Shown here in pieces: positions 51,178 through 59,895 of a DNA stretch of 64,000 nucleotides. The translations under genes were made by a program, and so were the position numbers. This stretch comes from Planctomycetales bacterium (lineage in GTDB: Bacteria > Planctomycetota > Planctomycetia > Pirellulales > Lacipirellulaceae), in assembly GCA_020427155.1 (NCBI GenBank), contig JAGQOW010000012.1, forward strand, positions 149-64,148, in the 5' to 3' direction. Below the pieces are notes generated by a model, which was not told the DNA's origin, made no database searches, and worked only from the letters and a program-made list of their open reading frames with translations. The first letter of the stretch is position 1, and every line of letters starts with the position of its first letter.

Positions 51178-52281
51178 ATGTCCGCCATTCAAAAGTGGTC
51201 TAGCGTAGTCGTTCTGAGTGCTTCGACATTCATTTCCCTGTTAACTCCGGCTCGCGCCGACGAAGGCCAGTCCCGCACTTACCAGAATCAACTGACTCTC
51301 ATCGAGAATCCCGAGCCGCTACTAGCTGATCACCCCGAGTTTGTGCAACCGATTGTCGAACTACGGCGCTATGAAGCGCCGCTGCTGGTGAATGATCAGG
51401 GCGGCGACCTCGAAGTGCGTGCCTGGCGATTCTCGTACAACGCCCGGGGCATTATCGAGATGCCCAATCGACTCCGATCCGACCAAACTGCCGTCATCAT
51501 GGTCCACCCTTGGGGCATCGACGACGGACAAGGCTGGCGAACTCCCGAGCCGGCCGGAGCCGCCGACTTCTGCACTCCCGAAAAGAACCACCTCGCGGGC
51601 AGGCATACCCGCGAAGTCATCGACCCCTTGCTCCAGCGTTTACGGCCTCGGCTGAAGCTTACCATGGTCAGTATGCGCAGCCGCGAGTATCCCGCGCAGC
51701 AAAAAATGTATCGCTCCATTCGCCATAACCCCACCGACGAAGAGCGCACCCAAGGACGCAATGAGCTGCATCAAATACTTCACAACTTCGACTATCGCGG
51801 CCAACCGCTTCAAGAAACACTTTCCCTCTCAGCCGACTTGCCCGTCGTCGACTACTTCAAACAATTCCCTGGCCTGCAAGCGGGCGACCGTTGCAACAAC
51901 CAGGGTTTTTGGGACATGCCCATCCCCGTCAGCAGCGACGTGACTCTGCATCGTGACGACGTGGTGATCTACGATGCCGACGGTTACGAGCCGCTAAAGA
52001 ATTTTCTAAAAGAACACGGCGTCCGGCACATCCTGCTTACCGGCTACGCCACTGACATGTGCTTCTGCAAAACAACCGCCGGTTACGAGAATCTCTCGCG
52101 CGACTTCAACGTGTTTCTGGTCGGCGACGCCACCCTGGCCACCTTTCCGGCCAACTCCACACCTAAGTACGCCACCAACGCCCATATTTCGTTCGCCTCG
52201 ATCAACCAACTCATCACCCAAGCCAGCTGGATACGCTTTACGGACTCGGCAGACCTCAGTAAGGTTGGCAGAATTGAGTAG
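51178..52281 (+). CDS. exported isochorismatase-like (cysteine hydrolase fold) protein
   Basis: Signal peptide (ARA-D); TAVIMVHPW strand; GVRHILLTGYATDMC (nucleophile Cys); FLVGDAT. Confidence 0.75.
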   Translation: MSAIQKWSSVVVLSASTFISLLTPARADEGQSRTYQNQLTLIENPEPLLADHPEFVQPIVELRRYEAPLLVNDQGGDLEVRAWRFSYNARGIIEMPNRLRSDQTAVIMVHPWGIDDGQGWRTPEPAGAADFCTPEKNHLAGRHTREVIDPLLQRLRPRLKLTMVSMRSREYPAQQKMYRSIRHNPTDEERTQGRNELHQILHNFDYRGQPLQETLSLSADLPVVDYFKQFPGLQAGDRCNNQGFWDMPIPVSSDVTLHRDDVVIYDADGYEPLKNFLKEHGVRHILLTGYATDMCFCKTTAGYENLSRDFNVFLVGDATLATFPANSTPKYATNAHISFASINQLITQASWIRFTDSADLSKVGRIE

Positions 52282-52327
52282 CTAAGTCCAAACCGGCCCA
52301 ACACTCTAACGAGCCTCCTGAAGCCCT

Positions 52328-53677
52328 ATGCCATCGCCAGATCAAACCAACGGCCCCGCCGGGCTGCTCCGCTTCACGCGCGCGCTGGGGCCGGCAATCA
52401 TTGTCGCCTGTGTCGTCCTCGGCCCAGGAAGCATTCTCACCAGTTCTAAGGTCGGCTGTCAGTTTGGCTACGAGTTGAGTTGGATTCTCGTCGGAGCGGG
52501 TATCCTGATGGCCGGCGCTGTCGCAACCGCTGCCCGCGTCGGCATCTCCCTGGAAGGTACGCCCTGCAACGAATTGGCGACAAGACTCGGTCGACCTGTT
52601 GCCGCGCTGGCAGGCATCTCGGTGTTTCTCATCGCCGCCTGCTTCCAGTTCAGCAACAACCTGGGGGTGCTCGCCTCGATCGAACCGCTCGTAGAATCGG
52701 GCGCCGGTTTGCAGCACACCCTGCTCATCGGCCTCAATGCCGCGCTGATCGCTTGTCTGTTCGGTTTCAAGAAACTCTATCAGCCCATCGAGCGCCTGAT
52801 GATGCTGCTCGTCGGCTTGATGCTCATCGGTTTCGCAGCCAATCTCTTGTTAGCCCGGCCATCGCTCCTCAACTTCCTCGCAGGTCTGCTCCCGGGCATC
52901 CCCGACGGAATCTCCGGCGGATTCTTGCCCGTGGTCCAGGAAATCAAGGCGACCACTGCCAACGACCCCGCTACCCATACGGTGGTCGACCCCTGGATTG
53001 CCGTTCAAGGCCTTATCGCGACCACGTTCTCTATCGCCGGAGCTTTCTATCAGTCCTACCTGGTCAAAGAAAAAGGCTGGAAGCTGGCCAATCTGCGGCA
53101 AGGGCTCACCGACTCGGTGGCCGGCATCACGGTGCTCTTAGGCATTACGATGATGATCCTCGTCACTTCCGCCTCGGTGTTGTCGGGCAACGTCGCCCCC
53201 GCCGATCTCCAGAGCGTCGCCGACGTTGCCAAACAACTCGAACCGCTGTTCGGCAGCACTGCCAAGCTGCTCTTCTGCCTCGGCATTTTCGCCGGAGCCC
53301 TCAGTTCCTTCCTCGTCAACTCCCTCATCGGCGGCACGCTTCTTGCCGACGGCCTCGGGCTGGAAGCCAAAATGGATTCGAAGTGGCCCAAACTGTTTAC
53401 TATCGGGGTGCTAATGATCGGCATGGTCATCGCGCTGACCACCAGTTCCGAAGGACGCGTCCCGCTGATCATTTTTGCCCAAGCAGCCACGGTGCTCGGC
53501 GGTCCCGTCTTGGCCTTGTCGCTGCTCTACCTTGCCTTGCGGCCTTCGACGACCGGTGCTCCGCCAACCCCCACCTGGATGATCGGACTCACTTCGCTCG
53601 GCACACTTGTCATTTGCACACTAGCCGTCAGAACCGCCTGGACTCTCTTCCTCAAGTTTCAGATCCTCATCAGCTAA
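52328..53677 (+). CDS. NRAMP-fold (APC superfamily) transporter, YcsG-like
   Basis: LGPAII.A..VLGPGS, G..FGY.L.W, FQ..NN.G, ATT, about 11 TM segments. Confidence 0.85.
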   Translation: MPSPDQTNGPAGLLRFTRALGPAIIVACVVLGPGSILTSSKVGCQFGYELSWILVGAGILMAGAVATAARVGISLEGTPCNELATRLGRPVAALAGISVFLIAACFQFSNNLGVLASIEPLVESGAGLQHTLLIGLNAALIACLFGFKKLYQPIERLMMLLVGLMLIGFAANLLLARPSLLNFLAGLLPGIPDGISGGFLPVVQEIKATTANDPATHTVVDPWIAVQGLIATTFSIAGAFYQSYLVKEKGWKLANLRQGLTDSVAGITVLLGITMMILVTSASVLSGNVAPADLQSVADVAKQLEPLFGSTAKLLFCLGIFAGALSSFLVNSLIGGTLLADGLGLEAKMDSKWPKLFTIGVLMIGMVIALTTSSEGRVPLIIFAQAATVLGGPVLALSLLYLALRPSTTGAPPTPTWMIGLTSLGTLVICTLAVRTAWTLFLKFQILIS

Positions 53678-53804
53678 TCCTGCGGTGCAGGATCAAGCTT
53701 ATTAGGCTGACACCCAGGCAACTCACGTTGTCTTGGTGCGGCCAGGCCCAATGGCTCTTGGCTGAAACAAGATACGTTTCAGGCTATCCCAACGACGCTG
53801 TCTT

Positions 53805-54185
53805 TTAAGACTGATTCCCGCTGGCATAGAACCACAATGTGCCAACGCCAATCAGCACAATACTGGTCCACCGCAGCACGCCAGACACCGTCTCGGGACT
53901 GTCGCGCGCCGACTCGAATTCTGCATGCAGCTCGTCATACTCCGCACGCGCTGCATCGTATTCCAGCTTGATCTCCCCGGGGTTCTTGCCCGCATGCATC
54001 GAAGGGCTATTCTGCGCTTCGACCAGGGCAAACTTCAGCCGATTCGTCTCGCTACCCAACTCGGCCAGTCGCTCGCTCTTTTCGTCTGTCCAAGACCGGG
54101 TCGGCGGAAACAGATGGCCCCACAGGGCGCTGGCCACCAGCATCAACAGCCCCAACACGATCGCGACTACAGGAATTGCTTTCAT
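53805..54185 (-). CDS. small two-TM protein with periplasmic coiled coil
   Basis: TM-coil-TM topology; co-oriented downstream of the DUF1559 gene. Confidence 0.7.
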   Translation of the reverse strand: MKAIPVVAIVLGLLMLVASALWGHLFPPTRSWTDEKSERLAELGSETNRLKFALVEAQNSPSMHAGKNPGEIKLEYDAARAEYDELHAEFESARDSPETVSGVLRWTSIVLIGVGTLWFYASGNQS

Positions 54186-54249
54186 AGGCCCGGTAGATAT
54201 CCTGCCCAACGATTCTGGCGTAGTTACAAGACGAAGTAGCTACAAAAAA

Positions 54250-55296
54250 CTAGAGATCGAGGTTCAGTCCGTCGTCAATGCACACTAGCGTGCCCAGCAC
54301 GACCGCCTCGATATCATTGGAAACCCAACGCACACTGCCGTCAACATTCGCACCGTAGATACCACCAAAGTGCAGGCTTCGCGGCGCGGCCGTCGTGTCG
54401 CCGCGAGTCCAACAAGGCATCCCCTCCAAATCCGCTTCCGCCGATTTGTAACAAACATAGAGATCGTCTCGCGGCAAATCGGGACCCACTCCGGAGTTCG
54501 GCAGCAAGGCAAACTCTGCCCAGATAGGATTCGGTACATATGCCGGCGGCGGGTTCTGATTGCAGATGCGGGTTACAATATTTGTCCCATGCACGTCGGC
54601 GCCCAAGATACTTGAACCTACCCAACCCAATGCCCACGAACCTCGCGGATCAATCGGCTCGTTACGAGTGCGAATCTCCGCCAGCATCAAGGTATTCGAA
54701 GTGCCGTCCTGCACCGCCCCCAGCGGCTGGGGCTTGTAAATCAGCGAACCCTTGGCAACCGCCTGGCACTCGGCGTGCTCTGGACTGGCATACGCCGCGT
54801 AGTTCCCTTTGCCAAATGCAAGTCCCCCCGTCAAACGCGGAAACTCAAATACGCGTCCAATCGACGGGTCCGAAGGACACGCCAACACCGACGGCTGGGC
54901 TCGCTGTGGCGAAAGCGTGGCATTCTGCTGTATGGCAGAAACTTCGAAATCAAACTGGTCAAACAGCTGTTGCTGTTCCAGGTACGGCAGCACTCGCACA
55001 ATCCAACTCAATTGAGAGCCTGTGCGAAATCTCACATTGTCTCCGACAAGATCCGCGTCGCTCGATTGAGGCAGCGTGCGAGTCTGGCTTTCGTAGTTCA
55101 ATACCGCCAAGGCCAGGTTGTGCAAGTTATTCTGACACTGCATTCGCCGCGCCGCTTCTCGCGCCGCCTGCACGGCCGGCAGCAACAAGGCGACCAGCAC
55201 GCCTATGATCGCAATCACTACCAATAGCTCCACCAGGGTGAAACCACGCACGCCAGGCGCGACAATGCTTCGTCTCGCAAATCGAGAGACAATCAC
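54250..55296 (-). CDS. DUF1559 prepilin-type N-terminal cleavage/methylation protein with H-X9-DG motif
   Basis: RG-FTLVELLVVIAIIGVLVALLLPAVQAAREAARR, CPSD, DGTSNT, HFGGIYGANVDG. Confidence 0.95.
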   Translation of the reverse strand: MIVSRFARRSIVAPGVRGFTLVELLVVIAIIGVLVALLLPAVQAAREAARRMQCQNNLHNLALAVLNYESQTRTLPQSSDADLVGDNVRFRTGSQLSWIVRVLPYLEQQQLFDQFDFEVSAIQQNATLSPQRAQPSVLACPSDPSIGRVFEFPRLTGGLAFGKGNYAAYASPEHAECQAVAKGSLIYKPQPLGAVQDGTSNTLMLAEIRTRNEPIDPRGSWALGWVGSSILGADVHGTNIVTRICNQNPPPAYVPNPIWAEFALLPNSGVGPDLPRDDLYVCYKSAEADLEGMPCWTRGDTTAAPRSLHFGGIYGANVDGSVRWVSNDIEAVVLGTLVCIDDGLNLDL

Positions 55297-55463
55297 GGCA
55301 AAGACCCTCGCACAACTTTGCTCGGTAGCAAACCAGCCAGTACAGACTCAAGAACTTTCATTGTGAACCGAACTTGGCTGCGACACAATGCGCAATAGCG
55401 CACAACTTTCTGCCCAATGCGCAACAGTCAAGCCGCCATATCCCCACCAGCAAGGCAAAAAGC

Positions 55464-55492
55464 TTGACACTCATTCCACCCCCCCTTACCCT
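55464..55492 (+). promoter_or_regulatory. sigma-70-type promoter for the S8 protease gene
   Basis: TTGACA-N17-TACCCT. Confidence 0.55.
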
Positions 55493-55609
55493 GCGGTGGG
55501 TAGCCGTAGCCGGCAGACTCTGGTACGCAATGCGCGCCGACCTTCAGTTTTTCGCCTTTTTCCGCCCACGATCCAAACGCGATCTTCGAAATCAAACAGG
55601 GGATAGCTA

Positions 55610-57616
55610 ATGCGGTGTCTGAGACAGTTTCTCATCGTTTGTGCGCTCGCCTTCTACAACTTCCACCTGTCCGCCTGCCAGGCACAAAACCCCGTCCTGG
55701 GCCCGGCTGGTATCAACTCGACCGTCACCGGACTCACCGGCGCCTTTCAACTCCTCGGGCAAGTCGAACCAGGACGCCCTGGCCTCGAATTCTTCGATAC
55801 CGGCACCAACTTCAATTCCAGCGTCTCGGTCGATCCCCTCGAATTGTTCTTCGGCGCTCGCATGAACGTCGGCATCAGCGCCCATGCTGAAAGTGTCGCG
55901 GGCCTGATGGTTGGCCAAAACGCCGCCAACGGCGGCGTCGCCACGGGGGCATTCCTCACCAGTGGCGGCTATAGCTCTCCCTTCGGCCCCAGCCAGGTCC
56001 GCGCTGCCGCCACCGCCCAGGCCATGCTCATGCGAGGTCCGCGACGCGCTATCAACATGAGCTTCGGCACCGCTCCCGCCGGAGGCCCTCCTCCTACCGG
56101 AACCGACCTCCTGACGATGTTCAACGATTGGTCCGCAGCCAAATTCGACTACCTGCCCGTGGTTGCTGGCGATGAGACCGGCGTCGTGCTCACCGTCCCC
56201 AGCGACCACTACAACGGCCTCTCGGTCTCAATGCTTTCGCAAACCGGCGGCGTCTACCGTCAGGTTGCTGCCGGCAACGTCTTCACCACCGCCGCTAATG
56301 GCCGTCGATTGATCGACATCGCCGCTCCTGGCGTCGGCGTCCGATCGGCTACCCTCAATAACCGTTTCACGGTCGACACCTTTACCGACTCAAACAACAA
56401 CGGCCTTTGGGACTCAGGCATCTTCGACAACAATGGCAGCGGCACCATCAATCCGCCGCCAGATATGTGGATCGAACGGGGCGGCGGCGGCACTTACAAC
56501 GACACCTTCAACCCGCCCGGCGATTGGTATTTCGACGCCAATCACAACGGCGTACGCGACGGCGCTGCCAACGACGACTACGCCGTCGTCTTCGCCGACC
56601 CCCGCTTCGGTGGCGGCTCCGAACCCGTTCAAGATGTTGACGGTAACGGCATCATCGACTTTGGTGTCAACGGCACCAGCTTCGCCGCTCCCCTAGTCAC
56701 CGGCAGCGTGGCACTCTTGCACGAACACTTGGAGAACAATTACGGTTTCATCAACGACGGTCAACATCACCAAGTCGTCAAAGCCGCCATGATGAACTCG
56801 GCCGACAAACGCAAAGACGATGGCAATGGGCTGCTGCTTGGCATGCAGAAAACGGCCCTCCGGACCAACGGCAACGACTGGATCCAGCAGCGGGCCGTCG
56901 AGGCCGGTCGCGATGCGATTCCTCTCGATCTCGAAATGGGCACCGGCATCCTCAACGTCCAGCGTGCCGTCACCCAACTCGACCAGAATCAACAGGACCC
57001 CGGTACAATCGACACCCGAGGCTGGGACTACGAACCCGATATCTCTCTCCTTGAAACCATCAAATACGACTTCGACGAAAACCTAGTCGCCAATAGCTGG
57101 ATCTCAGCCACCCTGGCCTGGGATCGTATCGTACCGCTGCTCGACAATTGGGACGGAGACCCCATCGGCGCCGATAACGGACTCGCCGGCGTCTTCGACG
57201 CCGAACTACTGATCGACGACGACGGCAGCGGCGGTCCTTCGCCAGGCGACCCCTTTGCCGACATGAATGGCGACGGCGTCTATCAGGCTGGCAACCACGA
57301 CAACTTCTCGGTCGCCAATATCGAATTGCCCGACCTCGATTTGTACCTGATGCCCAAAGGCGCAACCTCGACCGCCCAGGCTATCGCTAAGTCGGACAGC
57401 ACCCTTTACTCGGTCGAACATATTTTCGCCCAGATTCCCGCCCAAGGCGACTACGAACTCTGGGTCCAGCACAATGGAGGCACGCTGCTCGACGTCGACT
57501 ACGGGCTGGCCTGGTGGAGCGTCGGTCTCAGCCAGATTCCCGAACCCACCTCATTGTTGTTGTTCGCACTAGGAGCAGCCCTCCTCCTGCCACGACATAG
57601 AACACAACGTCCGTAA
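55610..57616 (+). CDS. S8 subtilase-like protease with Ca-binding-like repeats and PEP-CTERM sorting signal
   Basis: HAESVAG (His), INMSFG, DIAAPG, NGTSFAAPLVTG (Ser), KAA.MNSA; C-terminal IPEPTSLLLFALG...RHR. Confidence 0.9.
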   Translation: MRCLRQFLIVCALAFYNFHLSACQAQNPVLGPAGINSTVTGLTGAFQLLGQVEPGRPGLEFFDTGTNFNSSVSVDPLELFFGARMNVGISAHAESVAGLMVGQNAANGGVATGAFLTSGGYSSPFGPSQVRAAATAQAMLMRGPRRAINMSFGTAPAGGPPPTGTDLLTMFNDWSAAKFDYLPVVAGDETGVVLTVPSDHYNGLSVSMLSQTGGVYRQVAAGNVFTTAANGRRLIDIAAPGVGVRSATLNNRFTVDTFTDSNNNGLWDSGIFDNNGSGTINPPPDMWIERGGGGTYNDTFNPPGDWYFDANHNGVRDGAANDDYAVVFADPRFGGGSEPVQDVDGNGIIDFGVNGTSFAAPLVTGSVALLHEHLENNYGFINDGQHHQVVKAAMMNSADKRKDDGNGLLLGMQKTALRTNGNDWIQQRAVEAGRDAIPLDLEMGTGILNVQRAVTQLDQNQQDPGTIDTRGWDYEPDISLLETIKYDFDENLVANSWISATLAWDRIVPLLDNWDGDPIGADNGLAGVFDAELLIDDDGSGGPSPGDPFADMNGDGVYQAGNHDNFSVANIELPDLDLYLMPKGATSTAQAIAKSDSTLYSVEHIFAQIPAQGDYELWVQHNGGTLLDVDYGLAWWSVGLSQIPEPTSLLLFALGAALLLPRHRTQRP

Positions 57617-57668
57617 AACCTCTGACAAGCAGCGCATGGATGCTTTGCTTCGCCGCCATCTTTAGCCA

Positions 57669-57701
57669 CCACACTCCCGACCATCCTGGTCGGGAGTGTG
57701 G
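57669..57701. repeat. perfect 15-bp inverted repeat (hairpin)
   Basis: CCACACTCCCGACCA-TCC-TGGTCGGGAGTGTGG; no U-tract. Confidence 0.75.
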
Positions 57702-58274
57702 AACGTCTAAAGTCCAGCTGCTCTAAGCAATCCACCTGCCGAAAAACCCGCCTCTCGATTCGAGGAAGCTACTGGAGACTTCGCCCTGCGCACGGCGATC
57801 CCTGCGTCTCGATCCAACCGCAGCGCCCGGCTACATCGGCTCTTTGATAACGCAAGTATTTGCAACGATTGCAGTACTGCAGTTTTGTCCCACACTCGGC
57901 TCGCGCAGAAACCTAAACTCGACCACTTTTGTCCCAAAAGTTGGGACCCCGCCAGACGGGCCAAAACCCAAACGAGGGGGCTTGCATGCGCGAAAATAGG
58001 GGAAGTCGAAAGCGGACAATTGATATCAGTCTTCTGCAATCCTGCCACATGCTTACAGACGCTACCTGTAGCGCGTCCACGTGTGCTGCTATCGCAAGGC
58101 TGCCAGCGACTAGGAATTCTCCTCAACATAGGATAAACTTCGCCAGTCAACCGACCGTCGATATGCACGACTCTTACAAGACACCATCGCTTTTAGAGGA
58201 GCTTTGGCCAACGATTTGTACCGGCGGCTTGTATACGGCGGGGCATCACCCGCTGGAGAGGAATTGAGAAGCAC

Positions 58275-59816
58275 ATGCAACGGGCACTCCTGAGGCTGAC
58301 TGCGGTCGCACTTTCGACCGCAATCTTCGGTAGCCAATGCTTCGGCGACGACTCTGACTCAACCTTGCAGATCGCAATAACCGACTCCCAAGGCGACCAA
58401 CTGCCCTGTCGGATTCACCTCCAAGATGCTCAAGGCCAGGCGCAGCGAATCCCTGGTTTGCCTTTCTGGCACGACCACTTTGTCTGCGACGGTCGAGCGA
58501 CGGCACAATTGCCCGCGGGCGATTACACCTATGCCATCGAACGCGGCCCCGAGTACCAACGCAAAGTCGGACACTTTCAGCTCAAGGCCGGCCAGCACCA
58601 TGAGTTATCAGTGCAACTAACACGAATTGCCAATCTTCGGGCCGCCGGTTGGTATTCGGGCGACCTGCACATCCATCGCCCAGTGGACGAGGTAGCGCAA
58701 CTGATGCGGGCTGAGGATCTGGACTTTGCTCCGGTGATTACCTGGTGGAATACTCGCAACGTGTGGCAAGACGAAGCCCTTCCTCAACAAGTAACGCATC
58801 GGCTCGATGACTCGCGCATCTACAATGTGATGGCCGGAGAAGATGAACGGGAAGGAGGTGCGCTGCTGTATTTCGGGCTTCGAGCGCCCCTGGATATCAA
58901 GACCGACAATCGAGAGTTTCCTTCTCCTATGCGCTTTGTAAGCCAGGCCCGCAGGAACTACGCCGAAGTTTGGATCGATATCGAAAAGCCTTTTTGGTGG
59001 GACGTGCCTGTCTGGCTGGCAAGCGGTCAGATGAATTCGGTCGGCATCGCCAACAACCACATGTGCCGCAGTCAGATGTATCCGAGCGAAGCCTGGGGCA
59101 AGCCGCGAAATGTCGAGCGATTGCCGGCGCCCCGGGGAAACGGCTACTGGACGCAAGAAATCTACTACCACCTGCTCAATTGCGGCTTGCGATTGCCTCC
59201 TTCGGCCGGAAGTGCCTCGGGCGTTTTGCCCAATCCCGTCGGGTACAATCGGGTCTACGTTCACCTCGACCAGCCATTAACAAGCGACTCCTGGTTTCAC
59301 GGCTTGTCGCGCGGCCGTTGCTTTGTAACCAATGGCCCGCTGCTGCTGACGACCGCAGACGGCCAACCTCCCGGAACCGAGTTCCAACTCGCTCCTGGCG
59401 AAAGCCGGTTGATTCGCTTGGACATCCAACTTACTTCGGAAGATCCAGTTTCGACGATCGAGGTCATCCAAAACGGACACCTGCTGAAGTCGCTTCCCTG
59501 CAGCGATGCAATGACTCAGCAACACACCGTGACAATCTCGACTTCTGAGCCGGGATGGTTCATCGTGCGGGCCATCACCGACGTCGAAAGCACCTTTCGT
59601 TTCGCGTCAACGGCGCCCTGGTTTGTCGAGGTCGGCAAAGTCGAGCACCGGATTAGCCGCCGTTCGTCCCAGTTCTTTCTCGACTGGGTAAACGAAAGAA
59701 TCGAACGTGTGCAAGCCAACTTAGAGAATGAGTCGGAGCGAGACCAGGTGCTCGTATGGCACCTGATGGCCCAGGAGTTCTGGCAGCAACGCTTGAACGA
59801 CGCAAATTCAGATTAG
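58275..59816 (+). CDS. exported CehA/McbA-like PHP-fold metallohydrolase
   Basis: Signal peptide; IERGPEY, WYSGDLHIHR, PSAGS, VGYNRVYV, GR.FVTNGP. Confidence 0.8.
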   Translation: MQRALLRLTAVALSTAIFGSQCFGDDSDSTLQIAITDSQGDQLPCRIHLQDAQGQAQRIPGLPFWHDHFVCDGRATAQLPAGDYTYAIERGPEYQRKVGHFQLKAGQHHELSVQLTRIANLRAAGWYSGDLHIHRPVDEVAQLMRAEDLDFAPVITWWNTRNVWQDEALPQQVTHRLDDSRIYNVMAGEDEREGGALLYFGLRAPLDIKTDNREFPSPMRFVSQARRNYAEVWIDIEKPFWWDVPVWLASGQMNSVGIANNHMCRSQMYPSEAWGKPRNVERLPAPRGNGYWTQEIYYHLLNCGLRLPPSAGSASGVLPNPVGYNRVYVHLDQPLTSDSWFHGLSRGRCFVTNGPLLLTTADGQPPGTEFQLAPGESRLIRLDIQLTSEDPVSTIEVIQNGHLLKSLPCSDAMTQQHTVTISTSEPGWFIVRAITDVESTFRFASTAPWFVEVGKVEHRISRRSSQFFLDWVNERIERVQANLENESERDQVLVWHLMAQEFWQQRLNDANSD

Positions 59817-59895
59817 CCGCCAGCTGCAACGCAACTGCGGGGTGCAGAAGTACTGAAAAAACTCATTCGACCGTTTGAAAACTTGAGATAACGAT

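Noticed and set aside
52480-53808. 442-aa Arg-rich alternative-frame ORF
   Set aside because: Shadow of the GC-rich transporter gene; no recognisable motifs.
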